Assembly: GCA_964016885.1 (NCBI GenBank) | Contig: OZ024740.1 | Location: forward strand, 73,594,001 to 73,658,000 | Length of the DNA: 64,000 nt | From: Eledone cirrhosa | Taxonomy: Eukaryota | Direction: 5' to 3' | Shown here: positions 25,406 through 37,791 of the stretch, one piece after another | Layout: every line of letters starts with the position of its first letter | How positions within the stretch are numbered: the first letter of the stretch is position 1 | Notes under the pieces: model-generated | What the model saw: the letters and a program-made list of their open reading frames with translations, nothing else | What the model was told of the DNA's origin: nothing | Database searches by the model: none | Translations under genes and position numbers: made by a program

Positions 25406-28377
25406 TAACAGCAAATATCCAGGGTCTTTATCCGAAAACAAAACAGTGTAAAGTCCCTTTCTTGGAAGAATTAGCAACAGAAAACAACTCCAAAATAATT
25501 GGAATTACTGAAAGTCATCTCAACGAAAACATCCGCAATCAATGGATTCAACATCTGCAGATGTGATAGACAAGGCAGATCCCATGGGGGCGTTATCATG
25601 TATATCCATGATACCTATGCATGCATAGAACTTGTCAATGAATCAAATGCCTACTGCAACCTACTGTGCATAAAAATCATCCAACTTAATACAGTTGTAA
25701 CAATAATGTACAGACCGCCAAACAACCCAACATTATCCTTCACTGAGCCACTGACAAAGCTCCAACAAATTCAGGGAAACATGGCGAGTCCAATGCCAGA
25801 CATTATCCTCCTTGGTGACTTCAACTTCCCTAACATCATCTGGCCACATGGACACATACTAAAACTGGGGACAAAAGCTGAACAAATACAGGCAGCCAAA
25901 CTGTTGGAAGTCACAGAGAAATTATACCTCAAACAAATGATGACAGAAGCAACTAGAAATAATAATACGATCGACTTGGTTTTCACCAACAACGAGGACA
26001 CGCTATTTGACCTTCACTCAACCCCAACAATCCTTTCAGACCACAATATTATTGAAATGCATTTACACATTGGTAATGAGCCCAATGCCACAACTCTTAA
26101 ACAAAAGGACATGCCAAAGCTATGCAGGTATGATTATCACCAGGCAAATTGGGAAACTATTAACAACCAGTTACAAATCATTGACTGGGATCTCTACCTT
26201 ACTGGGCCAGATAAACACAAGAAATTCTTAAACAAGATCGAAGAAATATGTGCAAAAAATATTCCTCTTAAGAAAACCAAATCCACAAAAAAACCTGTAC
26301 CACGGGAGCGAAAGATCCTGATGTGCAAAAGGTCAAGACTAAGAAACAAAACATCTAAGCTGACATCAAAACATGAACTACAGAAAGTCCTTAACCAAAT
26401 ATACAGATTAGAAGACAATCTAAAACAACACTATGATGAAGAACGTAACAATGCAGAAAAGAGAGCCATAGAAAACATAAGAAAAATCCAAAATGTTTCT
26501 ACAGTTTTGCAAAGAAATACTCGAATACCAAGTCAACAATAGGACCTCTCCAGAGACAAAATGGGGATGTAGTGAATAACCCTATTGAAATGGCAGAAAT
26601 GTTGGGTCAACAGTATGAAAGTGTCTTCAGTGAGCCATCTAAAACCATGAAGATCCATGACCCAGGAGAATTCTTCAAGGATATCGACCATACTAAACCT
26701 ACCCTATCCGACATTGATTTCAACCCAGAAGACATAGAAAGAGCCATAGACAAGCTCTCCATGCACTCGGCTGCGGGGCCTGATGGTTTCAATGCCATGA
26801 TACTTAAAAACTGCAAGGTACAATTGTTGAAACCCCTTTACATGATATGGAAGGAATCTATGGAGAATGGCAAAATACCAAATACATATAAAGAAGCACA
26901 CATAACTCCAATACATAAAGGGGACAGCAAATCAAAACCAAAGAACTACCGACCAATCTCACTGACATCACACATTATCAAGGTCTTCGAAAGAATAGTT
27001 CGTGGAAAACTGGTTGAGTTCTTGGAATCCAACAATCTGATGAATTGCAATCAGCATGGATTCAGGTTAGGTAGATCATGTCTTTCCCAACTACTGGCAC
27101 ACCATGACCAAATCCTAGAAAATCTAGAGAATGGATACAACACAGATGTTATTTACCTCGACTTTGCCAAGGCATTTGACAAGGTAGATCATGGCATCCT
27201 CGGACACAAACTTCGAAAGCTAGGAGTAGGAGGAAAAGTTGGTACATGGATACATGAGTTCCTTACAAATAGAACTCAAACAGTCACTGTGAATGGAACC
27301 CATTCAACAGCATCACCTGTGACCAGCAGTGTTCCTCAGGGTACAGTACTCGGCCCGATCCTGTTTCTCATCCTCATCTCTGACATAGATGAAGATACAA
27401 CCAGCAACGTCTCATCCTTTGCTAATGACACCAGGGTCATGAGACAAATCAAAGACGAGGTGGATACAGAGGCCTTACAAAAGGACCTAACCACCATATA
27501 CAAATGGCAGGAAACAAACAACATGTTGTTCAATGATAAGAAGTTTGAACTAATTCGCTACGGAACAGATCAAGATCTGAAAAATACAACAAACTACAGA
27601 AACCCATCAGGACAATAAATAATGGAAAAACAGTGTGTGAAAGATTTAGGCATCCACATGGGAACCAGCCTAAAATTCAGAGAACACCTTGACTCAGTCT
27701 GTCTTACTGCAAGAAAGTACAGCGGGTGGATCTTGCGCACCTTCAAATCAAGAGATACCTCAACAATGAAAACCCTCTGGAACAGTATGATACTTCCGAG
27801 GATTGACTACTGTTCTCAGTTGTGGTCACCAACAACAAAGGGCCAACTATCTAAGATGGAATTGCTCCAAAGAAATTTTACCTCATACTTCTCAGAAACG
27901 AGGGACCTGGACTATTGGCAAAGACTCAAAACCTTGAAGATGTACTCAATAGAAAGAAGATTTGAGCGATACCGAATTATATACATTTGGAAAATGATAG
28001 AGCAAAAGGTGCCAAACTTTGGTATCAAAACCTACCACTCACTGCGCCACGGAAGACGCTGCCAGCTACCACCAATCAACAAAAAGGCTGGCCAGGCAGC
28101 AAAAACCCTGCGAGAGTCAAGTCTGTTGGTTCGAGGGGCACAACTATTCAACTCCATTCCGGTACATGTCAGAAATCTATCAGGATGCAGTGTGGAATCA
28201 TTCAAATTGCAGCTGGATAGATACTTAAGCACCATTAGAGATGAACCCCATCTCCCAGGATATACACAACGAGCACAAACTGACTCAAACTCGCTCCTAC
28301 ACATGTCAAAATTAAACAGAGAGTCCAACCTGGCAACCACACCAGACTCTGAGGGTGGAGTCTTCGACTTGGCCTGA
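25400..28377 (+). pseudogene. LINE ORF2 endonuclease-reverse transcriptase, disrupted
   Basis: YRPP, LLGDFNFP, IDLVF, SDH (APE); NYRPISLTS, QHGFR, YLDFAKAFDKV, VPQGTVLGP. Catalytic FADD is mutated to FAND, with frameshifts and a stop at 27616-27618. Confidence 0.9.
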
Positions 28378-28409
28378 GCATGGACTCAAACTCAAATGAA
28401 ATGAAATGA

Positions 28410-28410
28410 A

Positions 28411-28454
<44 letters not shown>

Positions 28455-28619
28455 CTATATACATATATGTGTGTGTATATATATATATATGTGTGTATAT
28501 ATGTATGTGTATATACATATATGTGTATATACATATATGTGTGTGTATATATGTATGTGTATATACATATATGTGTGTGTATATATATATGTGTATATAC
28601 ATATATGTGTGTATATACA

Positions 28620-28655
<36 letters not shown>

Positions 28656-28665
28656 GAATATATGT
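28410..28665. repeat. Compound (TA)/(TG) microsatellite
   Basis: Direct sequence; source of several spurious ORFs. Confidence 0.95.
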
Positions 28666-28739
28666 CGTATTGAACAGAACAAATTTTGTATTTTTGTTAA
28701 TCGCTTGTTAAATGCAAGGACCTCATTCAATCATTACCT

Positions 28740-31700
28740 TCTATCTAGCTACCCAACACCCCTCCATTGTTATTACGTGGACCAATCATAAGCCAGAGCC
28801 CCCACGCATCACCAGTATTATTATTACGCGGACCAATCATAAGCCAGAGGCCTATACTATCGCTTGCCTGGTTGCCTTTCGATATATGATGGATGGATGG
28901 ACTGCGGAATCCTGGAGAGTGGAGGAGAGAGAGAAAAATCTGGACGCTCAGCGACAAAGATAAAGATAAAGACAAATTCACCTCTTGGACGAGAATGCGA
29001 GCACTCCTCATTGTTTCGACCGCGGACGGCTAACATAACCCCCCCCCCCCCCCAACCCCCAAACGCAATCCAAAACTTCAGAGTTGGTACCATAAATGTA
29101 GGCACCCTAAAGGGTCGCACTAACGAGGTTGTAGAAATGCTTGAACGTAAGGAGGTCGATGTTTGTTGTATTCAAGAGACCAGGTGGAGCGGTGGGTCTG
29201 CTAGATTCATTGAGGGTAAAAAACGATGTTATAAGCTTTTCTGGGTGGGAAACGACGATGGGCTGGGTGGAGTAGGAATCATGGTAGCAGAAAAGTGGGC
29301 AGATAAGATAATAGACGTAAATAGAGTGAACGACAGAATAATTAAAATACGACTTGTCCTCAATAGAACTACGGTGACAGTAATATCTGCGTACGCACCC
29401 CAATCCGGACTGCCCGGCACTATAAAAGACAGATTCTATGAGACACTGATGCTAACTACCTCCCAAATATCCGACAGTGACTATATAATTATTGCAGGCG
29501 ACCTAAATGGTCACGTTGGACAACATTGTGACGGCTACGACGAAATCCATGGAGGCTATGGGTTTGGTACTAGAAATGAGGAAAGCTCCAGAATCCTGGA
29601 ATTCTGTGATGCAAATAACCTAACTATCTGTAACACTAACTTCAAAAAATGTGACAATCACCTGATCACCTATAGATCCGGGGAACACACAAGCCAGGTA
29701 GATTATATCCTTACCAGAAGACGTGACAGAGTGTCTGTTGTAAACACTAAATCCCTCCCCCATGAAGAATGCACCTCCCAACATAGACTGATAATTAGCG
29801 ACCTCATAGTCAGGACGAGACGTACTCGACAGCAGAAGAGGACTATCCTCAGGAGAAAAATATGGAAGCTAAAGGACCCCACAGCCAGAAATAAATTTCA
29901 AAGCATATTACTTGATGCTTTCGACAGTAAGGAAGAACATTTAGAGTCGGACAATATAGAGGGACAGTGGGAATTTCTGCAAGCAAACCTGCTGATGGCG
30001 ACAGACGAAGTCTGTGGCTGGAGCAGGCCTGTAGGCAGGAGGAGAGTAACATGGTGGTGGAACAGTAAGGTGGAGGGGTCAATTAAGGCCAAAAACCAGG
30101 CTTGGAAAGTATGGCGGGATGGGGGAAGTAGAGAAGACTATCAAGTGGCCAGGAGGCAAGCTAGGAGACAAGTGTACTTAGCAAGAAGGGAAGCTGAGGA
30201 AAGAAAGTTCAAGCATGTTCTACAACGCGAGGACCAAAAACGTGAGGTGTTCAGGATTGCTAGGCAATGCGTCAAGGAAAACCGTGATATTGTCGGGGAG
30301 AAGTGTGTACTTAACGATGATGGCATACTTGACATCACCGACGCTGATAAGAAGGTAGCTTGGAAGTGTCACTATGAAAGGCTACTAAATGAGGAGAATA
30401 AATGGGAGAAAGACAGTCTCCCCCATATCGACCCAATAGAGGGACCAGCAGTGTTAGTCGAGGGGAGTATAATAAGTAAGGCAATCAAGGATATGAAGAC
30501 GGGTAAGGCGGCTGGGCCTTCGGAAATAGTTGCTGAGATGCTGAAGGCATCTGGCACGGTGGGACACACCATGGTCACCCGCATAGTTAACCAAGTCGTA
30601 CAGAATGGGGTTGTTCCGAAGGACTGGCATAGCAGCATCATCGTTAACTGTTATAAGGGTAAAGGAGACGCCCTAGATAGGAGTAACTATAGAGGCATTA
30701 AATTAATCGACCAGGTCATGAAGGTCACGGAAAAAGTAATAGCACAACTAATCAGAGAGAGAATTGACCTAGATGAAATGCAGTTCGGGTTTGTGTCAGG
30801 CAAAAGTACCACAGATGCTCTTTTCATTGTACGACAACTACAGGAGAAGTACCTAGCTAAAGGTAAACCCCTCTACTTAGCTTTTGTCGACTTGGAGAAA
30901 GCCTTCGACAGAGTCCCCCGCTCCATTATCTGGTGGGCTCTTAGAAAACTAGGCGTTGACGAATGGCTTGTGAGAGCTATACAAGCCATGTATAAAGAAA
31001 CAGTCAGCAAGGTTAGAATTAACAACGAATATAGTGAAGAGTTTAGCGTAAAAGTTGGCGTCCATCAGGGCTCTGTTCTCAGCCCCCTACTATTTATTAT
31101 TGCCCTTCAGGCTATAACAGAGGAGTTCAAGACCGGCTGCCCATGGGAACTCCTATACGCAGATGACCTGACACTCATAGCGGAATCAATGGCCGAGCTA
31201 GAGAAGAAATTCCAAACATGGAAGCATGGCCTAGAATCAAAAGGACTTAAAATTAACCTGGCTAAGACTAAAGTTCTAGTTTGTAGGAAAGAAAATAAGG
31301 CGGCGGTCCCTTCTGGGAAATGGTCGTGCTTGGTGTGTAGGAAAGGCGTAGGTAGAAACTCCATTTTATGTCCTAAATGCAAAGTATGGGTTCATAAAAG
31401 ATGTAGTGGGATCACAGGTAAGCTAACTAAGAACATAGATTTTACATGTGGCCGGTGCTCTGGTGCAATAAGTAGCAGCAAGTGCCCACAAAATACTAGC
31501 TCTTTCAATTGTGCAGAGGGTTCTATAGAAATAGTGGACAGCTTCCGTTACCTGGGTGATAAAATCAGCAGTGGGGGAGGGTGCTCTGAAAGTACAGTAG
31601 CTAGAGTCAGAACTGGTTGGAAAAAGTTCAGAGAGCTTATACCACTATTAGCTGCTAAAGGGTTCTCCCTAAAAATGAAAGGCAGGTTGTACGATGCCTG

Positions 31701-32505
31701 CATACGAACAGCAATGTTGCATGGCAGTGAGAACTGGGCATTGTGTGCAGAGGATATACGCAGACTAGAGAGGAACGAAGCTTGCATGCTTCGCTGGATG
31801 TGTAACAGTAATATACGTGAACGGCAAAGCATAAACGAACTAAGGAAAAAATTAGAAATAAGAGGGATCAGATGTTGTTTACTCGAGAGAAGGCTACGTT
31901 GGTATGGACACGTGATGCGCATGAAAGTCGATAGCTGTATAACAAAGTGCAGGGCAATAAAGATAGACGGTAGCCACGGAATAGGCAGACCTAGAAAAAC
32001 CTGGGACGAGCTGATAAACTCCGACCTCACACACTTACACCTCTCCAAGACAATGTCACTGGACCGAGGCCTTTGGCGGTACTCAGTCACAGAGAAGACC
32101 CGCCTTACCTAAATACATAGTAAAACCTACTACAGCCAGTAGGCATCTCTAACAAAATACCCTCCCCCCGTCCCACCTCCACCACCCCCACCCCATCCAC
32201 ACCACCCCGTTCTATGTAAAGTTATGTTGGTGCCACACCATCCAGGCCGAAACAAATGAGATCGTGTAGGTGTCACAACAAAAAAACACACAGTCCACGC
32301 TGTAATGTGGCCATGTAGGCAAGACGGTAAAAACCTCCCAGACCCACACTGTAAATGTGGTTGGTGTTAGGAAGGGCATCCAACTGTAGAAAACCTGCCA
32401 GACAGTCCTATGCGAGCAAGACAATCACTCTTGCCTCAAGTGGGACTACCCCCGTCCAAACCCATGCCAGCGTGGAACACGGACGTTAAACGTTGATGAT
32501 GATAA
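28740..32505 (+). mobile_element. Full-length RTE LINE (5' boundary approximate)
   Basis: Intact ORF plus 3' UTR ending GTTAGGAAGGGCATCC..GGACGTTAAACG(ATG)n; duplicated CCAAT-containing 29-mer in the 5' region. Confidence 0.85.
28897..32112 (+). CDS. Intact RTE-clade LINE ORF: APE endonuclease + RT with embedded PHD finger
   Basis: GTINVGTL, CIQETRW, GDLNGH, VDYIL, SQHRL; NYRGIKL, QFGF, FVDLEKAFDRV, VHQGSVLSP, YADD; CLVC..CPKC..HKRC..CGRC; RRLRWYGHV; GRPRKTW. No stops. Confidence 0.93.
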   Translation: MDCGILESGGEREKSGRSATKIKIKTNSPLGRECEHSSLFRPRTANITPPPPQPPNAIQNFRVGTINVGTLKGRTNEVVEMLERKEVDVCCIQETRWSGGSARFIEGKKRCYKLFWVGNDDGLGGVGIMVAEKWADKIIDVNRVNDRIIKIRLVLNRTTVTVISAYAPQSGLPGTIKDRFYETLMLTTSQISDSDYIIIAGDLNGHVGQHCDGYDEIHGGYGFGTRNEESSRILEFCDANNLTICNTNFKKCDNHLITYRSGEHTSQVDYILTRRRDRVSVVNTKSLPHEECTSQHRLIISDLIVRTRRTRQQKRTILRRKIWKLKDPTARNKFQSILLDAFDSKEEHLESDNIEGQWEFLQANLLMATDEVCGWSRPVGRRRVTWWWNSKVEGSIKAKNQAWKVWRDGGSREDYQVARRQARRQVYLARREAEERKFKHVLQREDQKREVFRIARQCVKENRDIVGEKCVLNDDGILDITDADKKVAWKCHYERLLNEENKWEKDSLPHIDPIEGPAVLVEGSIISKAIKDMKTGKAAGPSEIVAEMLKASGTVGHTMVTRIVNQVVQNGVVPKDWHSSIIVNCYKGKGDALDRSNYRGIKLIDQVMKVTEKVIAQLIRERIDLDEMQFGFVSGKSTTDALFIVRQLQEKYLAKGKPLYLAFVDLEKAFDRVPRSIIWWALRKLGVDEWLVRAIQAMYKETVSKVRINNEYSEEFSVKVGVHQGSVLSPLLFIIALQAITEEFKTGCPWELLYADDLTLIAESMAELEKKFQTWKHGLESKGLKINLAKTKVLVCRKENKAAVPSGKWSCLVCRKGVGRNSILCPKCKVWVHKRCSGITGKLTKNIDFTCGRCSGAISSSKCPQNTSSFNCAEGSIEIVDSFRYLGDKISSGGGCSESTVARVRTGWKKFRELIPLLAAKGFSLKMKGRLYDACIRTAMLHGSENWALCAEDIRRLERNEACMLRWMCNSNIRERQSINELRKKLEIRGIRCCLLERRLRWYGHVMRMKVDSCITKCRAIKIDGSHGIGRPRKTWDELINSDLTHLHLSKTMSLDRGLWRYSVTEKTRLT

Positions 32506-32967
32506 GTTGATGGAAACCGCGGAGTGGGGAGACCCAAGATGACCTGGGATGAGGTGATAAAAGCCGACCTTACCCAATTACACCTCTCAAAGACAATGAC
32601 ACACGACCGTGATTTCTGGCGTCACGCAGTAATACAGAGTACCCGACCTCCCATGGGTACAAGCTGAAGCATATAGACAATATGCCCCCACACCCCCCAC
32701 TACAAGGTGGTCGTGGAGGTGCCACAGCAAAAAAGCACCCAGCCCACACTGTAAAGTGGACGTGTAGGCGCCACGAAAAAGGACCCAGCACTCACTGTAA
32801 ATGAGGTTGGTGTTAGGAAGGGCATCCAGCTGTAGAATTCAAGCCAAATCAGTTCCTGTATGAGCAAGGCATGGTCAGCCGACCAGACACTGCCCACAAC
32901 AGGACAACCCGTCTAACCCATGCTAGCGTGGAAGAACGGACGTAAAACGGTGATGATGATGATGATA
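32506..32967 (+). mobile_element. 3' fragment of a second RTE subfamily
   Basis: GVGRPKMTWDEVIKADL.. plus a 3' UTR nearly identical to the reverse copy at 61185-61650. Confidence 0.8.
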
Positions 32968-33146
32968 TCAAGTTTAATATAGAAATGGCTTCTACAGGAC
33001 TAGAACTGTTTCATTCAAAATAAATCATCAGGTAAAAAGGCGTGGAATAAAAGCAGGGGCGATGGAATAAAATCGGTGGGGTTGGAAAAAATCTGGAAAA
33101 TTAACAAGCGTTAGGGTTGGGGGTGATTATTTGAGACCTGAGAGTA

Positions 33147-34436
33147 CGAGGGGGATCAAAAAGTTTGCGGAATTTTATCGTAGTAAGAAAAAAATAGGTT
33201 AAAACAATATTAAACATGTCAGAACATTGTCACTGGGTGTTTACCTTGCTATTAGTCACTTGCAGTCAGTTATGCGTGGACTATTGTACAGTACTGACAC
33301 ACTTTAAAAAAACCTCTTTTTGGAACAATGGAAAATAGTTATTTTGAGATAAGATCGAATATCAAGTTTCTGGTGAAACTCAAATGGAAAGGGACACAGA
33401 TTATGGAGGGTTTAGTTAAAGTTTATGGTACTACTGCTCCAAAGAAAACTGCTGTCTACAAGTGGATTCAGCGATTCAAACAAGGGAGAGACGACCTTGA
33501 AGACGACCATCGCAGTGGAAGACTAGGAACATCAAAAAATGACCAAACGTTGAGGCTGCTCAGACTTTAATTGAAGAAGATCGAAGAATAACAGTTAATC
33601 AGTTAGCTAAGTCCCTAGACATTTCATATGGTTCGACAAATTCAATTCTGCACGATAATTTGGGACTAAGTAAGCTTTCAGTGCGATGGGTCCCAAAAGC
33701 GTTGCGCCCTGATCAGCTGATTCTTCGAAGTGATCTGTCTTTGGCGATATTAAACAAAATTGAAGTTGATGAAGAGCATTTCCTGACCAGAATCATCACC
33801 GGAGATGAAACCTGGATCTACCAGTATGATCCTGAATCCAAACAGCAGTCAAAACAGTGGCTTCCACGTGGATCATCGGGGCCAATCAAGTTCAAATCTC
33901 AAAAGTCGAATCAAAAAGTGATTCAGATGGGGTGATACTAATAGATTATCTTGAAGGTCAAAGAACTGTGACAGGAGTTTACTATGCAAATGTTTTAAGG
34001 AAACTGAAAGAGGCATTAGTCAAGAAACGAAGGGAAACTTCATGGTGGGATCTTGTTTGACCATGACAATGCACCAGCGCATTCTGCGCGGGTTGCAAAA
34101 GAAGTTCTTCGAGAATTTCGATGGGAAGTGCTTCCTCACCCGCCTTATAGTCCAGATTTAGCCCCATCAGACTTTTTCCTCTTTCCAAAACTCAAAGAAA
34201 TGCTAAAAGGAACCCGTTTTAGTGGTGTTGAAGAAGCTAAAAACACTGCCAACACATGGCTTCGAACAAGGTCTTCAACTTTCTTTAGAGACGGCTTACG
34301 AAGCTGGAAGCATCGCCTTGTGAAGTGTATTGACCTGGATGGCAACTATGTAGAAAAATAAATTGAAGGTAAATCATATTTTTTGAAAAATAGAATATTT
34401 TCTGAAAAATTCCGCAAACTTTTTGATCCCCCCTCG
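33147..34436 (+). mobile_element. mariner transposon (irritans/Hsmar2-like), transposase frameshifted
   Basis: TA-CGAGGGGGATCAAAAAGTTTGCGGAATTTT TIRs with TA TSD; WVPKAL, TGDETW, HDNA and YSPDLAPSDF motifs split across frames. Confidence 0.93.
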
Positions 34437-34568
34437 TACAGGGTAAACAAACATTAAATAATGATGATCATGATAATACATAGACACACACAAGGCATAA
34501 ATGCACTCCTTATTAGAATAGTGCTACAATATCTAAGACAGCACAGCTACTATACACACACATTAAGT

Positions 34569-34906
34569 GGAGGCACATGGCTTAGTGGTTAGAGCATTGG
34601 CCTTGCAATCGAAAGGTTGTAAGTTCAATTCTCAGACCGGGTGATGTGTTGTTTCCTTGAGCAAGACACTTTATTTCACATTGCTCCAGTTTACTCAGCT
34701 GTAGAAATGAGTTGGTAGGTACTGGGGTCCCTATCATTCCACTGTAAAATGGACGTGTAGGCGCCACGGAAAAAAAAGCACCCAGGCACTCACTGTAAAT
34801 GAGGTTGGTGTTAGGAAGGGCATCCAGCTGTAGAAATCAAGCCAGAATCAGTTCCCATCCCACCCTTGCAAGCAGGGAAAAGCGGACATAAAATGATGAT
34901 GATAAT
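34569..34906 (+). mobile_element. tRNA-headed SINE with RTE-derived tail
   Basis: A-box TGGCTTAGTGG, B-box-like AGTTCAATTC; 3' part matches the RTE 3' UTR at 32745-32855; (ATG)n tail. Confidence 0.85.
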
Positions 34907-35784
34907 GACACTACACTATAAAAACAACAAATAAGCAAACTTTTAACCTCCCTCCAATACAAAATCCACATATTTCCTTACTCCAGTTTGCTGTGCCTTG
35001 TCTTTTTATCCATCATGACAATGCTGTATGCTCCTTGACCTTACTTCACATCAGCTTGAACCCATTACATTAAACCCTACTGTTTTACTTTTCAAACTAA
35101 ACATTTTCCAAAAATATTCCTCTCCATAACTGAGATAACTAATGATGCTGAAGTTATGGTAAATGATACTTGCCCAATATGCCATGCAGTGGAATCTTAT
35201 TAACCATTTGGTCATGCTGCATCCCCAGCTCCAAATAAACCATAATAAAGCAAGTTTATCATCAAGGCATTCCAAACAGTCTTTGTTCTATACACTGTTT
35301 ATGAAATATTAAGCAAGGTAAATCTTAACTCTGCAATCCTATGATCAAAGGCCTTCCAGCTGTGACAATAGTTTGTTTTGTTTTAATCCTTGTTACCATA
35401 TTTCCAATGAAAGACACTGGTAAAATAACTAACTTCCTCCTTAATTATATGGTTTTTGGAGCATAACATGACAAAGGTTCCTACATAAAATTATGATGGA
35501 AGGTTGTTATTTAAATATATACATCATCATCATCATTTAATGTCTATTTTCTATGCTTCCATGAGTTGACACACACTATCAAACAAGTCAGGTCAGGTGA
35601 CTACATCTTGCACATACGTAACTGATTCTGATTTGGTTTCTACAGCTGGATGCCTTACCTAATGTGGATTGGGTGCTTTTTTGTTATGTCACCTACACGG
35701 CTGCCTTATATACTTTAAAATAAATAGATTATATCATAGAACAAGGGGCAGTTTCAAGTGGTTCGGTATCAAAAGGGTTAAGAC

Positions 35785-35975
35785 ATAATTGTTTCTACTT
35801 TAGGCACAAGGCCAGCAATTACCCAGTGCATTACTGGTACTTTATTTTATCGACCCCGTGAGGATGAAAGGCAAAGTCAACCTCGGCGGGATTTGAACTC
35901 AGATCATAAAGGGACGTAACTATGCTGGAAAGCATGGCGTCCGACCCTCTACCGATACTGCCAATCCACCGCCCT
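35785..35975 (-). mobile_element. Full-length copy of the major tRNA-SINE
   Basis: Reverse complement of the 40285-40472 copy; flanked by duplicated AAAAGGGTTAAGACATAAT. Confidence 0.85.
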
Positions 35976-36099
35976 TAAAAGGGTTAAGACATAATGAAAC
36001 TAAAACTATATTATCTGAAAAGTTTTAAGATATTTTCTGCTAAATCATTGCAAGATGTTATGAGTTAAGCAAAAAGGTAAAAGAAAAAAATAAACTCAC

Positions 36100-36290
36100 C
36101 AATTTATTTCTTCCATTCAGATAATGTTGGGCCAGAGATAGTTGACATTTCTTCAGAGAATCAGGATCATGCAAATATCGTTTAACCAAAGATTTTAAAT
36201 GCTTATTCAGTGTTAATTTAGGTGACAATCTGACTTTTAAGTTATCTGGAAAGTAATAACTGCCACAGGTTTGACACCAACACTTGTTTT
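36100..36290 (-). CDS. C18orf21: C18orf21/RMP24-like gene, exon with first CxxC (191 nt)
   Basis: tcttttgcag|..TTG|gtgagt; ENKCWCQTCGSYYFPDNLKVRLSPKLTLNKHLKSLV.. matches the UPF0711 pattern CxxC..DNxRVRLxPKxxL. Confidence 0.85.
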
Positions 36291-37791
36291 CTGCAAAAGA
36301 CATGCATATATATATATATATAGATATAGATATATAATCAAATATATAGATGGAAAAACTAGCTTTTAAATCATTTCTAATTCCTTATACATGTTTCAAG
36401 AGAGTTGTGCATCAAATAATTCTAGTAATGTTAGTTGAAAATTCGTATAATCAAGATCTATACATACAAAATTATATATAGGTATTTGTACTTTTCTATC
36501 TTTGGAGGATTAAAAAACAAAACAAAAAAAAAATTAAATTGAAGCAGAATACATCCAAAATGCAATTCCCACCTTACATAGGATGGGGAACATCTCAAAT
36601 CTACCCATTGGCATAGCGAATGACCAGACCATTGAAATATATATACTGATTTTGCAACAATAAAGGAATATTACCAGTCCGGTCTCCTGTTATTTTAATC
36701 AAATTAATTTATATTTATATATTTAAATTAATATGATTAAACAGATGATGAGACAAGCACTGATGTATGTGTTTATTGTGTTTGGAAATGAGGGAAATGT
36801 AAAAGCTTGCAGCACATCTTGTACATACATTTTACATACATCTTGTACATACATTTTACTAATGATGATGTAGCACCCATCAACAGATGTGTAGTGCTCG
36901 CTGAGCATTCCACTATAAGCTCCAAACATTTCAGCTATAGGGCAGGCTACAGTAAGGCAGGCACATGTTTGGGTAAATTTTTAGTTTCAGACATGTATTT
37001 GCAATAATATAAATTTGCTTTAAAATTATGACAATTTTGTAACAGTCTTATTTCTACATACAGGATGATATCTTGACCTGTTATCCATGAAATACTAGGA
37101 TCGAATTTTCTATGAGGTCTATGGAAAATTCCCGATTTTTGGGCCAAAAATTAGGGGGTCAACTTTTACATGAGATCGAATAATCAAGATACCAACATAA
37201 CCACTTCACATAATTATGTAACCATTACATAACTACACATCATGTCATTGAAATACGTATATTGTAATAAATACAAGGTACTTTATTTCATGTTGCTATA
37301 ATTCACTCAGCTAGCAAAAGTAAGTTGCACCTGTTATTTAAAGGGCCTGTCATATTACACTGAATCCCCATGAGAACTACCTAAGGGTGCACATGTTTGT
37401 GGAATACTCAACCATTTATACATTAATTTCATGAGCAGGAACACTCATTGAAACCGACTCAGATGCAAAAACATATCATCATTGTTTAATATCCACTTTC
37501 CCTGTCAGCAAAGGTTGGACAGGTTTTCATAGACCGTGTCTGTACTGAAGCAGGGTTACTAAACTCTCAGACAGGCTGGGAGGTTCGCATCTCACTTAGT
37601 TCCACGTTGGAAAAAAGTACCAGTCAAGTACTAGGATTGATTTAATTGATTTTCTCCTCTCCTAAAATTACTGGCCTTGTGCCTAAATCTGAATCAATAT
37701 ATAGACATTATCATTATTGTTGTCACTTTCTTCATTCTTGCACGGGGACATGGGAAATTATATTTTTATATTTGAAAATATATTAACTCAC

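Larger units (their letters stand above)
22795..28410 (+). mobile_element. Near full-length CR1-group LINE (inactive)
   Basis: Long 5' UTR, ORF1, ORF2 (APE+RT) and (TGAAA)n tail; flanked on both sides by (AT)n-GTGTGT. Confidence 0.8.

Noticed and set aside
28235-28730. Several 77-102-aa ORFs
   Set aside because: Translations of the (TA)/(TG) microsatellite.
36860-36975. Intronic hairpins with an ACA triplet or C/D-like boxes (possible snoRNA)
   Set aside because: No valid H box, hairpins too short, and the C/D-like boxes are on the non-host strand and too close.
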